A stretch of 64,000 bases of DNA from an uncultured Candidatus Rokubacteria bacterium (GCA_963708025.1 CAVPSB010000034.1:64001-128000), one strand, 5' to 3'; shown: positions 1 through 10,327, counted from the stretch's first letter. Translations and numbers: made by a program. The notes: generated by a model not told the origin, from the sequence alone.

Positions 1-2
1 CC

Positions 3-275
3 CGGCTGCGCCTGCCGGTCGGCGAGCGCACGGTGAAGGGGCACGGCGCCGACGTCGTTGGGGCGTTCGCGGACGCCCTGCGCCGGGACGGCGACCTGGC
101 GGTGGAAGTGCTCGACTACCACCAGCACGCGGTGGGCGAGGGCGTCGACGCCGCGGCCGCCGTCTACGTCGAGACCCGGGTCGGCGGCGGGCAGGTCCGC
201 TGGGGTGTCGGGCTCGATCCGGACGGTGTCATGGCCTCGCTCCGCGCGGTGGTGAGCGCCGTGAACCGTTGCTGA
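3..275 (+). CDS. LeuA-type allosteric (C-terminal regulatory) domain, 5'-partial
   Basis: VEVLDYHQHAVGEGVDAAAAVYVE...WGVGLDPDGVMASLRAVVSAVNR matches the 2-isopropylmalate synthase C-terminal domain; frame is open to the window start. Confidence 0.75.
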   Translation, partial: RLRLPVGERTVKGHGADVVGAFADALRRDGDLAVEVLDYHQHAVGEGVDAAAAVYVETRVGGGQVRWGVGLDPDGVMASLRAVVSAVNRC

Positions 276-330
276 GCGCGCGGACTCCTCGGGGCTGTCG
301 GCCGATGACGCCGGCTCCCTTTTCCTCCAC

Positions 331-474
331 CCGTCGGCTTCTCGCAACCCTCTAGCTCGGGCCGCGCGGCCACGGTGTTCCGCTTCGAGCCGCGGCCCAC
401 AGGCCGAAGGCCGTCCAACAGTCGCGGCCTCCGAGGGGGGGGCATCGGGGGGGTCTTCCGAGACCCCCCCAGGA
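331..474 (-). repeat. Dispersed REP/MITE-like element, copy A
   Basis: Contains GGGGGGG-TCTTCCGAGA-CCCCCC and GGCCGAAGGCC hairpins; near-identical to 41115-41260 (reverse) and similar to 33121-33245. Confidence 0.8.
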
Positions 475-1989
475 TCACACCACCGAGACGGCGGCGGCCG
501 GCCGGCGCGCCGACCCGTCGAGGCGACGCCGGGCGGCCTGGAGGGCCTGGCCGAGCCGCCGGATGCCCTCCGCGATCGTGCGGGGCTCGAGCGAGGCGAA
601 GCAGAGCCGGATGTGATCGTGTCCGCCGCCCCCCGGGGTGAACTGCGGTCCCGGCCGGATCGCGACCCCGTGTTCGCCGGCCTCCGGGAGCAGCTCGGCC
701 GTGGTCAACGGGGCCGGGAGCTGGGCCCAGAGGTAGTAGCCGCCCGAGGGGATCCGGTAGCGGAGCTCGGGGCAGTGCTCGTGCAGTGAGGCGACGAGCT
801 GGTCGCGACGGGTGCGGCACTCGGCGCGGAGCACCGAGAGGTGTCGCTCGAGGTGCGGTCCTTCCATGAAGGCCGCCGCGAGCCGCTGGGTCAGCGCCGG
901 CGAGTGGAGGTCGAGGAACTCCTTGGCAGCCGTGAGTGCCCCCATCGCGTCGGGCGGTGCCACCAGCCAGCCGACCCGGAGCCCCGGGACCGCGATCTTC
1001 GAGAAGCTGCCCATGTACACCACGACCTCGCCGGCATCGAGCGCCTTCAGGCGTGGCGGCGGCGGCTCCTCGAAGAAGATCTCGCCGTAGAGGTCGCTCT
1101 CGACGACCGGGACCCGGTACCGGGCGGCCAGCTCGAGGACCCGGCGGCGCCGCTCACGGCCGAGGACGGCGCCGGTCGGGTTGTGGAACGTCGGGATCAG
1201 GTAGACGAGCTTCGGGCGGTAGCGCTCGATGGCCTCTTCCAGCGCGTCGGGCTGGATGCCCTCGTGATCGATCGGCACCCCGACGACCTCCGCGCCCGCC
1301 CACCGGAACGCGACCAGCGCGCACTGGAAGGTGGTGCTCTCGGTCAGCACCACGTCCCCCGGTGCCACGAAGGCCCGGGCCAATACGTTGATCCCCTGCT
1401 GGGCGCCGGACGTGATCACCACCTGGTCCGGCTCCGTCCGGATCCCGCGCGACCCGAGCCAGCCGGCCAGTGCTTCCCGCAGGTGCGGGTCGCCGGACGG
1501 GGGCGCGGAGAGGTAGAGCTCGGCGCTGCCGCGGCCGGGCAGCCGGTCGAGGAGCCCGTCGAGCGCCTCGACGGGGTAGAGCGTCGGATCCGGCCAGCCG
1601 CTGTCGAAGGCGATGACGTCGGCCCGGGGCCGGGGGATCCCGAACGACAGCGGTGCCGCCCGGAGGGCGAGCGCCGAGGCGCGCTGGGCCCAGGGCAGCG
1701 CCGTTCTGCGCGATCCCGTGGGGGCGCCGACGACCACCGTTCCCCGGCCCACGTGGCCGCGCAGGAGTCCGCGGGCCTCCAGCTCCTGGTAGGCTCCGGT
1801 CACGGTGGTGCGGCTCACTCCCAGGTCCGCCGCCAGGGTCCGCTCGGCCGGAAGCCGCTCGCCGACGCGCAGCCGCCCGGCCCGGATCCCGTCCTCGATG
1901 GCGTGGACCACCTGGAGATAAAGGGCTTCTGGGGCGCGGGGATCGGGGCGGGGGATGGGCGGCTCGTCCGGGTGGAGGCGTCGAGGCAT
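475..1989 (-). CDS. MocR/GabR-family regulator (GntR wHTH + PLP aminotransferase domain)
   Basis: LYLQVVHAIEDGIRAGRLRVGERLPAERTLAADLGVSRTTV; SFSKIAVPGLRVGW PLP-lysine motif. Confidence 0.95.
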   Translation of the reverse strand: MPRRLHPDEPPIPRPDPRAPEALYLQVVHAIEDGIRAGRLRVGERLPAERTLAADLGVSRTTVTGAYQELEARGLLRGHVGRGTVVVGAPTGSRRTALPWAQRASALALRAAPLSFGIPRPRADVIAFDSGWPDPTLYPVEALDGLLDRLPGRGSAELYLSAPPSGDPHLREALAGWLGSRGIRTEPDQVVITSGAQQGINVLARAFVAPGDVVLTESTTFQCALVAFRWAGAEVVGVPIDHEGIQPDALEEAIERYRPKLVYLIPTFHNPTGAVLGRERRRRVLELAARYRVPVVESDLYGEIFFEEPPPPRLKALDAGEVVVYMGSFSKIAVPGLRVGWLVAPPDAMGALTAAKEFLDLHSPALTQRLAAAFMEGPHLERHLSVLRAECRTRRDQLVASLHEHCPELRYRIPSGGYYLWAQLPAPLTTAELLPEAGEHGVAIRPGPQFTPGGGGHDHIRLCFASLEPRTIAEGIRRLGQALQAARRRLDGSARRPAAAVSVV

Positions 1990-2004
1990 GGCGGCTCTCC
2001 TATT

Positions 2005-2046
2005 AAGGCCAATTGGCTAGATTGGATATTGCCACTGAAGGCCACG
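2005..2046. promoter_or_regulatory. Putative MocR operator in divergent intergenic region
   Basis: AT-rich island with ATTGG direct repeat (AATTGGCTAGATTGG) and GCCAC repeats between the regulator and the divergent genes. Confidence 0.45.
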
Positions 2047-2097
2047 ATACCATAACCTGACGCCAGAGTCAGTCGGGGACTCCAGGAGGAACGAGCC

Positions 2098-2301
2098 ATG
2101 AACGAGTACCTGACCATGTACCTGGCCCGGGAGCGCTACGAGCGGGTGCGCGAGTTCGCCGCCCGGCAAGCCCTGCTGCGGGACATCGCGCCGCCCCGCC
2201 GGCCACTCCGGATCCGGCTCGGCGAGGGTCTGATCCGGGCGGGCCACTTTCTTCTGCGCCGGGCGCCGGAGTGGGCGACCGAGCCACGACATTCCAGCTG
2301 A
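2098..2301 (+). CDS. Small hypothetical protein
   Basis: AGGAGG SD before ATG; divergent from mocR. Confidence 0.7.
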   Translation: MNEYLTMYLARERYERVREFAARQALLRDIAPPRRPLRIRLGEGLIRAGHFLLRRAPEWATEPRHSS

Positions 2302-2313
2302 AAGGGGGCGTCG

Positions 2314-2724
2314 ATGGACCAGGCGCTGCGCGACGTCGCCATCCTGGTCGCGATCCTGACCGTCGGTGTGGGGCCGGTCGCCGTTCTGATCGGTCTCCTC
2401 AACTGGCGTGATCGGCGGGAGGCCGCGCTGTTCAGGGCCGCCTGTGCCGCGTTCTCGGCCCAGGCGCTGCGGAGCGACGTCGCGGTGCGGGTCCGCTGCG
2501 GGCTCGTGGCCCGCCGGAGCGTGGTCAGCGTCAACCTGCGGGCTTGCACGCCGGCCGAGTTCTGGGAGGCCATGACGCGGCTCCGCCAGAAGCTGCCGCC
2601 CTCGGCGCGCCTGCGGCTGGACGGGACGATGGGGCGCGCCTTCCGCACGCGGCTGACCGTGGAGCGCATGGACGCCCCCGCCGAGCTGGTCCGGGCGTCG
2701 GTCGGCGGCATCGCCGCCTACTGA
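2314..2724 (+). CDS. Hypothetical protein with N-terminal TM helix
   Basis: GGGGG SD; hydrophobic VAILVAILTVGVGPVAVLIGLL. Confidence 0.7.
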   Translation: MDQALRDVAILVAILTVGVGPVAVLIGLLNWRDRREAALFRAACAAFSAQALRSDVAVRVRCGLVARRSVVSVNLRACTPAEFWEAMTRLRQKLPPSARLRLDGTMGRAFRTRLTVERMDAPAELVRASVGGIAAY

Positions 2725-2739
2725 GAGCGTGTGAAGGGA

Positions 2740-2806
2740 TGGGGGTCCTCCGGCTCCCCCCTCCCCCGGTGGGTGGGGGAGGGGGGTTGGGGGGGTGGGC
2801 GGGAGG
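2740..2806. repeat. REP-like C/G-run palindrome between convergent genes
   Basis: CTCCCCCCTCCCCC...GGGGGAGGGGGG inverted repeat; a related element lies near 37178-37215. Confidence 0.45.
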
Positions 2807-2924
2807 TCCCGAACTGAGAACATCGGGGGAGAACGCGTCCGCCCGTTCAACCGCGCGCTCCGGGTTCCCTCGCAGCAGCTCTGGCGCCGCTGAGGCGCTG
2901 ATCGAGCCGACTGCCGGGACGGGC

Positions 2925-3814
2925 TCAGAGACCGGCGGTGGCGGTAGCGCGGCTGAGGTAGTCGAAGCCCATCCGGGCGTAGGTCAGGGGATGGGCGACG
3001 GCCGGGTCCTGCTCGGCCTCGACCACCAGCCAGCCGGAGTACGCCGGCGGCTTTCAGGATCGAGAGCAGGGCGGGGTAGTCCACGCAGCCGTCGCCCGGC
3101 ACCGTGAAGACGCCGGCGACCACCGCGTCGAGAAAGCTCTGATCCCGCCGCCGCGCGTCCGCGAGGACGGCGGGCCGGACGTCCTTGCAGTGGACGTGGA
3201 CGATGCGCCGGGCGTGCCGGCGCGCGACCGCGGCCACGTCCGCGCCGGCGTAGGTCAGGTGCCCGGTGTCGAGGAGGAGGCCGACGGCCTCGCCGGTCGC
3301 CGCCATCAGCCGGTCGATCTCCTCCGCGGTCTCCACCACGGTGCCCATGTGGTGGTGGTACGCGAGGCGGACGCCGCGCGCGACGAGACGCTCCGCGACC
3401 TCGGTGAGCGCCTCGCCGAACTGGCGCCACCCGGCGTCGGCCAGCCGGGGCCGCCCCGAGAGCGGGACGTCCCGGGCGCCCTGGACGCTGTCGCTGGTCT
3501 CGGCGAAGACCATCACCGGCGAGCCCATCTCGGCCAGCAGGGTCAGGTGATCCTCGACCGCGGCCAGCTCCTCCTTCGCCGAGCGCCGCGCGCAGCTCGG
3601 CCCCGTACCAGCCGGAGACGAGCGCCAGGCCGTGGCGGGCGAGGATCGGCCGCAGCTCCCCGGCGCGCCGGGGGAACTTCCGGCCCAGCTCGATCCCCGC
3701 ATACCCTGCCGACCGCGCCTCGGCGAGGCAGACCTCGAGCGGCGTCTCCTCCCCCAGCTCGAGGAGGTCATCGTTGGTCCAGCCGATCGGGTTGACGCCG
3801 ATCCGCACCGCCAC
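2925..3814 (-). CDS. iolE: Myo-inosose-2 dehydratase (2 frameshifts, ~3590 and ~3045)
   Basis: [44 protein letters not shown] and [10 protein letters not shown] spread over three frames; follows iolD. Confidence 0.9.
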
Positions 3815-3815
3815 G

Positions 3816-5657
3816 CTATCCTCCCAGCCGCTGGCGGCGCCGTCCCTCGACCCAGCGCGCGTGCGCGTCGCGGACCTCGGCACGCGCCGAGACCTCCGGC
3901 ACCGGCACGTCCCACCAGGCGCCGCCGGCCTGCGTCGGCGTGGTCGGGTCGGTCTCGATCACGACGACCGTCGTCCGGTCGGCGCGCTTCGCGCGGGCCA
4001 GGGCCGCCTCGAGATCGGCGATCGACTTCACCTGCTCGGCGGCGGCGCCCAGGCTCCGCGCGTGGCCGGCGAAGTCGATGGCCGGCGGCGGGCCATCCTC
4101 GCCGAGGAGGTTGTTGAACGCCGCCCCCCCGGATGCCTGCTGGAGCCGGTGGATGCAGCCGTAGCCGTGGTTGTCGAGGACGACGACGACGAGCTTCGAT
4201 CCCGTCGCGACCGACGTCGCGAGCTCCGAGTTCAGCATCAGGTAGCTGCCGTCCCCGACCATGACGAAGACCTCGCGCTCCGGCAGCGCCAGCTTCACCC
4301 CGAGCCCGCCCGCGATCTCGTAGCCCATGCAGGAGTAGCCGTACTCGAGGTGGTAGCCCTTCGGGTCCCGGGTCCGCCACAGCTTGTGCAGCTCGCCCGG
4401 CAGCCCGCCGGCCGCGCACACCACGACGTCGCGGGGGCCGGCCGCGCGGTTGACGGCGCCGATCACCTGGCCCTCGGTGGGCGGCACCCGGTCGCTGGCC
4501 GCGGTGGCGGCGTCCACCGCGCGGGTCCAGTCGGCGGTCAGGCGCCGCGCGGAGGCGATCCACGCCTCGGGCGCGCGCCAGCCGCCGAGGGCCGCGGTCA
4601 GGTCGCCGAGCCCGCGCCGGCCGTCGCCGACCAGCGGGAGGGCCCCGTGCTTTCGCGCGTCGAAGGCCGCGACGTTCAGGCCGATCAGGGCGACGTCCGG
4701 ATGCTGGAAGAGCGCCCGGGAGCCGGTCGCGAAGTCGCCGAGCCGCGTCCCGACCGCGAGGACGACGTCGGCCTCGACGGCGAGCGCGTTGGCGGCGCTC
4801 GAGCCGGTCACGCCGATCGAGCCGACCGCGCAGGGGTGGTCCCAGGGGAGCGCGCCCTTGCCCGCCTGGGTCTCGGCGACCGGGATGGCGTGGCGCTCGG
4901 CGAACTCGCGGAGCGCGTCCCAGGCGAAGGAGTAGTGGACGCCGCCGCCCGCCACGACGAGGGGCCGGCTCGCGCGGCGCAGCCGCTCGGCCGCCGCCGC
5001 CAGCTGCCCCGGATCCGGGCCGGGCCGGCGGGACCGGTGGACGCGCGGCTCGAAGAAGGCCAGCGGGTAGTCGAACGCCTCGGCCTGGACGTCCTGGGGA
5101 AGCGCCAGCGTCACCGGGCCGCACGCCGCGGGATCCACGAGCGTGTCGATGGCGGCGGGGAGGCTCGCCAGGAGCTGCTCGGGGCGGGTGATCCGGTCCC
5201 AGTAGCGCGAGACCGGGCGGAGGCAGTCGTTGGCGCTCACCGTCGGGTCCCCGAAATTCTCTACCTGTTGCAGGACCGGGTCGGGGCGGCGGGAGGCGAA
5301 GATGTCGCCGGGCAGGAGCAGGACCGGCAGGCGGTTCACGTGGGCGACGGCGGCGGCGGTGACCAGGTTGGTGGCGCCGGGGCCGATCGAGGTCGTGCAC
5401 GCCATGACGCGCCGGCGCGCGTGGGCCTTGGCGAAGGCGATGGCAGCGAGGGCCATCGCTTGCTCGTTGTGGGCGCGCAGCGTCGGCAGCTCGGCTCGCG
5501 CACCCCACAGCGCCTCGCCGAGCCCCGCCACGTTGCCGTGGCCGAAGATGGCCCACACCCCGGCGAAGAGTGGGACCTTGCGGCCGTCGACCTCGCTCCG
5601 CTGAGCGGCGAGATGGCGGACCAGCGCCTGGGCCATCGTGAGCCGAACGGTGCTCAT
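3816..5657 (-). CDS. iolD: 3D-(3,5/4)-trihydroxycyclohexane-1,2-dione acylhydrolase (TPP-dependent)
   Basis: TVRLTMAQAL, IFGHGNVAG, HLEYGYSCMGYE, GDGSYLMLNSE, WWDVPVPEVS. Confidence 0.97.
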   Translation of the reverse strand: MSTVRLTMAQALVRHLAAQRSEVDGRKVPLFAGVWAIFGHGNVAGLGEALWGARAELPTLRAHNEQAMALAAIAFAKAHARRRVMACTTSIGPGATNLVTAAAVAHVNRLPVLLLPGDIFASRRPDPVLQQVENFGDPTVSANDCLRPVSRYWDRITRPEQLLASLPAAIDTLVDPAACGPVTLALPQDVQAEAFDYPLAFFEPRVHRSRRPGPDPGQLAAAAERLRRASRPLVVAGGGVHYSFAWDALREFAERHAIPVAETQAGKGALPWDHPCAVGSIGVTGSSAANALAVEADVVLAVGTRLGDFATGSRALFQHPDVALIGLNVAAFDARKHGALPLVGDGRRGLGDLTAALGGWRAPEAWIASARRLTADWTRAVDAATAASDRVPPTEGQVIGAVNRAAGPRDVVVCAAGGLPGELHKLWRTRDPKGYHLEYGYSCMGYEIAGGLGVKLALPEREVFVMVGDGSYLMLNSELATSVATGSKLVVVVLDNHGYGCIHRLQQASGGAAFNNLLGEDGPPPAIDFAGHARSLGAAAEQVKSIADLEAALARAKRADRTTVVVIETDPTTPTQAGGAWWDVPVPEVSARAEVRDAHARWVEGRRRQRLGG

Positions 5658-5704
5658 CGCCTGCACTCCTTCACGTCCGATATGGTGCCGGCCTCGGGTC
5701 CGGC

Positions 5705-5768
5705 TTGACCGCTCCCGTGCGCGGTGCTAGCGTCGCCGATGCTAAATGGTTATCGCAGAGCGCGTCAA
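5705..5768. promoter_or_regulatory. Overlapping sigma70-type promoters (+ toward IMPase; - toward iolD)
   Basis: +: TTGACC(5705)-17-TAGCGT(5728); -: TTGACG(5768)-18-TAGCAT(5744). Confidence 0.5.
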
Positions 5769-5801
5769 GCGCCCGTCTCGAAGGGGCTTCATCCGAGCTG
5801 A

Positions 5802-5868
5802 ATCACCGAGGGGGACGTCGAGGACGTCGTGGCGGCGGTGGGTAAGGTCGCGGGTGCGATCCTGTAGC
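5802..5868 (+). pseudogene. C-terminal remnant resembling a DegT/DnrJ aminotransferase
   Basis: ITEGDVEDVVAAVGKVAGAIL* with no upstream gene body. Confidence 0.3.
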
Positions 5869-5934
5869 AGGATGGCATGACGGAGCGCGACCGAAGCAGG
5901 GTGCCGGAGATCGGGGTCGACGCCGCGGATTGAT

Positions 5935-6786
5935 ATGATGGCGGACTGGATGCGAGGGCTCGGGCGCGAGACGGTGGCGGCGGTGCAGGCGGCGCGGACC
6001 GCCGGGCGGATCCTGCTGGCCGAGTTCGGGCACGTGCGTCGGGTCTGGCGCAAGAGCCCGCGCGACCTGGTGACGTCGGCCGACCTGGCGTCCGAGCGGT
6101 GCATCGAGGGTCTGCTGTCCGCACGGTTCCCGGCCATCGGCTTCCTCGGCGAGGAAGGCGGCCGGCGAGGCGCGGCCGGGGCGGACCACTGGATCGTCGA
6201 TCCGCTCGACGGCACCACGAGCTTCGTCGCCGGGCTGCCGACGTTCGCCGTGTGCATCGCGCTGGCTCGAGGCGGACGCATCGAGAGCGGCGTGACCTTC
6301 CTGCCACGGCTCGGGGAGCTCCTGGTGGCCCAGCGGGGGCGGGGCGCGTTCCTGAACGGCCGCCGGCTCCGCGTGTCGCGGACGGCGCGGCTGGGCGACG
6401 CCGTGCTCTCGCTCTGGCACGACCCTTCGGTGTGGACGGACCGCCCGCTGCGCGACCGGCTGGCCGGGCTCGGGGAGCGCGCCCGGAGCGTCCGCAGCGA
6501 GGGCGCCGGCTTCTCCCTGGCGTACGTGGCGGCCGGTCGGCTCGACGCCTACTGGGAGCAGGATGCCTGGCCGTGGGACCTGGCGGCCGGCGCGCTCCTC
6601 GTCGCCGAGGCGGGGGGGCGGGTGACGGACGACGCGGGACGGCCGCTCGACCTCGGGCAGCGCACGATCCTCGCCACCAACGGCCGACTCCATCGCGCCA
6701 TCCTGGGCCATCTCGCGCGGAAGGAGGTGCGCGGCAGGTCGGCCAGTCGGGCGCGAATTTCCAGGCCTACTGGCAGAAGTACGTGA
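5935..6786 (+). CDS. Inositol monophosphatase family protein
   Basis: [20 protein letters not shown] motifs; the C-terminal tail probably runs into the next fragment. Confidence 0.92.
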   Translation: MMADWMRGLGRETVAAVQAARTAGRILLAEFGHVRRVWRKSPRDLVTSADLASERCIEGLLSARFPAIGFLGEEGGRRGAAGADHWIVDPLDGTTSFVAGLPTFAVCIALARGGRIESGVTFLPRLGELLVAQRGRGAFLNGRRLRVSRTARLGDAVLSLWHDPSVWTDRPLRDRLAGLGERARSVRSEGAGFSLAYVAAGRLDAYWEQDAWPWDLAAGALLVAEAGGRVTDDAGRPLDLGQRTILATNGRLHRAILGHLARKEVRGRSASRARISRPTGRST

Positions 6787-7467
6787 TCCCGTCCGTGAAG
6801 CAGGCGCTGGGCGTGAACCTCCGGTACTTGGTGACGAGCGACGCCGAGCAGATCCAGAAGGCGAAGGCGTGGGGGTCCGGTCAGGGCGACGTCCACGTCC
6901 TGTTCCTCAAGTCGGTCGCCGGAGGTGATGAAGAACACGCTGATCATCGGCCTCCTCGCGGTCCTCCTGAGCACGGCCATCGGCATCGGCGCCGGCTGGG
7001 CCTTCGGGCGGCGGCGGATCCCGGGCAAGGAGCCGGTGCTGGCGATGCTCCTCCTGCCCCAGAGTCCCGTCCATCACCTACGCCCTCGGGGTGGCCAAGA
7101 CGTTCTACGCGCTGCGGCTCGTCGACACCCACGTCGCGGTGGTGCTGGCCCACGTCTCGGTGTGCGCCCCCTACGCGATCGTGGTGCTGGCCGCGACCTT
7201 CGAGCGGCTCGACGAGCGGGTGCTGGAGGCGGCCAGCGTCTGCGGGGCGAGCGCGCTGCGGAGCTTCGAGTTCACGCTGACCGTGCTGACCTACGGGCCG
7301 CACACCGTGATGCTGCCGGTGCGGACCTACCTGGCGGTCGGCGACGGCTACTGGGAGATCACCAGCGCGATGGCGGTGCTGATGGTCGTCCCCTCGCTGG
7401 CCATCCTGGCCGTCATCCAGCGCCGGACCCAGCCGGAGCGGCTGATCGGCGGCTCAAGGGCGTGTGA
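6735..7467 (+). pseudogene. Fused remnants of an ABC substrate-binding protein and a PotC-like permease
   Basis: [14 protein letters not shown]... SBP-like fragment directly joined to permease pieces with EAA loop ([15 protein letters not shown]), with internal deletions and frameshift. Confidence 0.65.
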
Positions 7468-7479
7468 GGGGCGGCTGGC

Positions 7480-7725
7480 TCAGTCGGAGTAGAAGAAGGG
7501 GCGCAGGATGTCCTCGGCGATGAAGCGAGAGGCCTGCCGGAGGATCGTCCGGCACGTACCCGTGTCCAGCTCGGAGTGTGTGGGTATGGTCAGGGTCTGG
7601 GTCGTGCCGTCCGGGAGCTGCCGCCGCAGCTTGGCGTGGCTCCCGCGCTGGGAGTGTGTCGTGAAGCCAAAGCGGCCGAGAATCGCGATGATCTCCGCGC
7701 CCGAAAGGCGGCGGAGCCTAGGCAT
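7480..7725 (-). CDS. hicA: HicA-family toxin (type II TA)
   Basis: LSGAEIIAILGRFGF...QRGSHAKL...TIPTHSELDTGT. Confidence 0.92.
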   Translation of the reverse strand: MPRLRRLSGAEIIAILGRFGFTTHSQRGSHAKLRRQLPDGTTQTLTIPTHSELDTGTCRTILRQASRFIAEDILRPFFYSD

Positions 7726-7948
7726 GCGAAGGAATCAACTCCAGCGTGACGAGGATGGTGGGATCGGGAGCGAGGCCCAGTGCCCCGAGATCCTCGCCCG
7801 AGAGATGCAGCTCGACAGCCTCCCTCAGGTTCCGGGTCACCTCGTCGAGCGTGGCGCCCTGGGTGACAACGGCTATCTCGAGGCACTCCGCGACGTATCC
7901 CGATTGGTTTCCGGGTCGGATCACGGCCTTGATCGTTCGCTGGAGCAT
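7718..7948 (-). CDS. hicB: HicB-family antitoxin (short form, no DNA-binding domain)
   Basis: GYVAECLEIAVVTQGATLDEVTRNLREAVELHL; overlaps the hicA start. Confidence 0.9.
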   Translation of the reverse strand: MLQRTIKAVIRPGNQSGYVAECLEIAVVTQGATLDEVTRNLREAVELHLSGEDLGALGLAPDPTILVTLELIPSHA

Positions 7949-8032
7949 CGTCGCCTCCACATCGTCGGACATCGGTTCGTATCGTACCGGGGACGGCCAG
8001 AGGTCTGCAAGCATTCCCGGCCGCGGTCGGCG

Positions 8033-8401
8033 ATGGCCTGCGTCGAGGCGTACATGATGAAGCCGGCGTTCCTGTACCCGACCGCGACCGCCCTCCGGCC
8101 GGTGTTCGAGCGGGCCCTCGGGATCCTGCCGAACGGCGGGCCGGGGGGGTTCGTCAACGTGGCCGTCGGGCGGGTCAACGTCTACCTGGCCTGGCAGGAA
8201 GCCCTGACCGAGGTGTTCTCCGGCGTCTACATCGCGGAGCGCGCGGGCTGTGTCGTCAGCGGCTGGGACGGCGCCCCCGTGCGGTTCTGCCCGGACATCC
8301 ACGCGCTGCACAGCCTGGTGTGCAGCGCCAACCCCCGCCTGCACGGCGAAGTGCTCCGGGCGCTCCGGGGCATTCCGCCGCCGAAAGGATCGTTGCCATG
8401 A
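8033..8401 (+). pseudogene. C-terminal half of a second inositol monophosphatase-like protein
   Basis: NVAVGRVNVYL...SGVYIAERAGCVVSGWDG...LHGEVL; lacks the N-terminal DPLDGT motif. Confidence 0.55.
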
Positions 8402-9165
8402 GGCTCGGCTGCATCTGCGGCTGCTTCAACCGCTCGTTCGACGCCGGCCGGATGGATCAGTTCCGGTTCCTCGAGCGCTGCGCGCGTGACTTCGAGGTGA
8501 AGGGGGCAGAGCTGCAGGATATCCACTTCCCGCAGACGCGCCCGGCCTACCTGAAACGCCTCCGCCAGGCGGCGACTGACCTCGGCCTGGCGCTCATCGG
8601 CATCGGCGTCCACAACGACTTCGGCCACGCCGACAGCACGTGGCGCCAGAGCGAGATCGTGAAGGTCAAGCAGTGGGTCGAGGTGGCCGGCGAGATCGGC
8701 GCCGGCCACGTCCGCGTCTTCGCCGGCCACCCCCAGGGGCCGGTGAGCGAGCGGTGGCCGGCCATGATCGCGGCGCTCCAGGAGGTGGCCGGCTACGCGG
8801 CGGAGTCCGGCATCCGGCTGGCGCTCGAGAACGAGGCCGGCTTCACGCCGTCCGCCGCCGAGCACCTCCGCATCGTGGAGGAGGTCGGCTCGCCGGCCCT
8901 GCGCCCCCTGCTCGACACCGGCAACTACCGGGACGGCTGGCCCTCGGTGGAGCGGGCGGCGCCGCACGCCGCCCACGTCCACGCCAAGTTCTGGCAGGTG
9001 GACCCGTCCGGCGCCGAGCCGACGATGGACTACCCCGCGCTCCTGGCCGGACTGCGGCGGCGCGGCTACGACGGCTGGATCAGCTTCGAGTACGAGGCGG
9101 CCGAGGACGAGGCGACCGGCATCCCGCGCGCCTTCGCGTACCTGCGGCGGCTCGTCGCCGCCTGA
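8398..9165 (+). CDS. Sugar phosphate isomerase/epimerase (AP endonuclease 2 TIM barrel)
   Basis: LALENE, LLDTGN, HVHAK, GWISFEYE. Confidence 0.9.
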   Translation: MRLGCICGCFNRSFDAGRMDQFRFLERCARDFEVKGAELQDIHFPQTRPAYLKRLRQAATDLGLALIGIGVHNDFGHADSTWRQSEIVKVKQWVEVAGEIGAGHVRVFAGHPQGPVSERWPAMIAALQEVAGYAAESGIRLALENEAGFTPSAAEHLRIVEEVGSPALRPLLDTGNYRDGWPSVERAAPHAAHVHAKFWQVDPSGAEPTMDYPALLAGLRRRGYDGWISFEYEAAEDEATGIPRAFAYLRRLVAA

Positions 9166-9177
9166 GGAAGGAGAGTC

Positions 9178-10284
9178 ATGACACGGATCCGGATCGGCGT
9201 CGTCGGCTGCGGGCTGATCGCCCAGATGATGCACATCCCGCACCTGGCGGAGCTGGACGACCTCTACGAGATCACCGCCCTCTGCGACGTCTCACCGGGC
9301 GCGCTGGCCTTCGTCGGCGACCGCTACCGGGTGGCCCGGCGTCACGGCGACTGGCGGACCCTGGTCCGCGAGCCGCTCGATGCCGTGCTGATCGCCACCG
9401 CCGGGTCGCATGCCCCCATCGCCCTGGCCGCCCTCCGTGCCGGCAAGCACGTGCTCACCGAGAAGCCGATGTGTTACACGCTGCGGGAGGCCGACGAGAT
9501 CGTCGAGACGGTTGGCGCCACCGGGCTCACCTTCATGGTGGCGTACATGAAGCGCTACGACCCGGGTTACCGGGCGGCGATCGCGGCGCTCCCGGCGGTC
9601 GTTCCCGATCTGCGCTACGTCCAGGTCACCGTCTTGCATCCGTCGGAGAAGGCCCAGATCGACCATCACGACATCCGCCGGTTCCGGGACGTGCCGGCCG
9701 ACGTGCTCGCGCGGCTGCGGGCGGAGGAGGACGAGGTCATCCGGGAGGCGATCGGAGAGTTTACGTCCCGGGAGCGGGTGGCGTTCAGCGAGGCCCTGCT
9801 GTCCACGCTCGTACACGACGTCAACGCGGTGAGGGGCCTCGTCGGCGATCCAGCCGAGGTGGTGGCCACGGAGTTCTGGGCGGGAGCCGAGTCGGTGGTG
9901 AGCTTGCTCCGGTACCCGCAGGGCTTTCGCGTCTTCGTGAGCCTCCAGTACCTCTGGGACCTCGCCGACTACCGCGAGGAGATCGGCCTCTACGCCCCCG
10001 GCGCCCGCCTGCGGCTCTGCTTCCCCTCCCCGTTCTTCCGGAACGAGCCCACGCCGGTCCTCCTGTCCGGGATGGAGGGCGAGGTGGCCTGGGAGAAGCG
10101 CATCGTGGTCTCCCACCGGGAGGCGTTCAAGGAGGAGTTGCTCCACTTCGCCGAGTGTGTCCGGCAGGGGCGCAAGCCCCTCACGTCGGCGGAAGACGGG
10201 CGTGGCGACATCCAGTGGCTCCACCGGATGTGGCAGGCGCGCACGCTGCGGTCGATGCAGGAGCTGCGCGAGACAGTGTCCTGA
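9178..10284 (+). CDS. Gfo/Idh/MocA-family oxidoreductase
   Basis: RIGVVGCGLIA, GKHVLTEKP. Confidence 0.93.
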   Translation: MTRIRIGVVGCGLIAQMMHIPHLAELDDLYEITALCDVSPGALAFVGDRYRVARRHGDWRTLVREPLDAVLIATAGSHAPIALAALRAGKHVLTEKPMCYTLREADEIVETVGATGLTFMVAYMKRYDPGYRAAIAALPAVVPDLRYVQVTVLHPSEKAQIDHHDIRRFRDVPADVLARLRAEEDEVIREAIGEFTSRERVAFSEALLSTLVHDVNAVRGLVGDPAEVVATEFWAGAESVVSLLRYPQGFRVFVSLQYLWDLADYREEIGLYAPGARLRLCFPSPFFRNEPTPVLLSGMEGEVAWEKRIVVSHREAFKEELLHFAECVRQGRKPLTSAEDGRGDIQWLHRMWQARTLRSMQELRETVS

Positions 10285-10327
10285 CGGGCGGCGCCGCCGC
10301 CGCCCGGCGGAGTGAGGGCTCGCTGCT

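Noticed and set aside
331-474. Repeats as a CRISPR array
   Set aside because: Dispersed single copies, no repeat-spacer periodicity, no cas genes
2017-5556. 1179-aa ORF and other long Arg/Pro/Gly-rich ORFs
   Set aside because: Shadow frames typical of high-GC DNA overlapping well-supported genes
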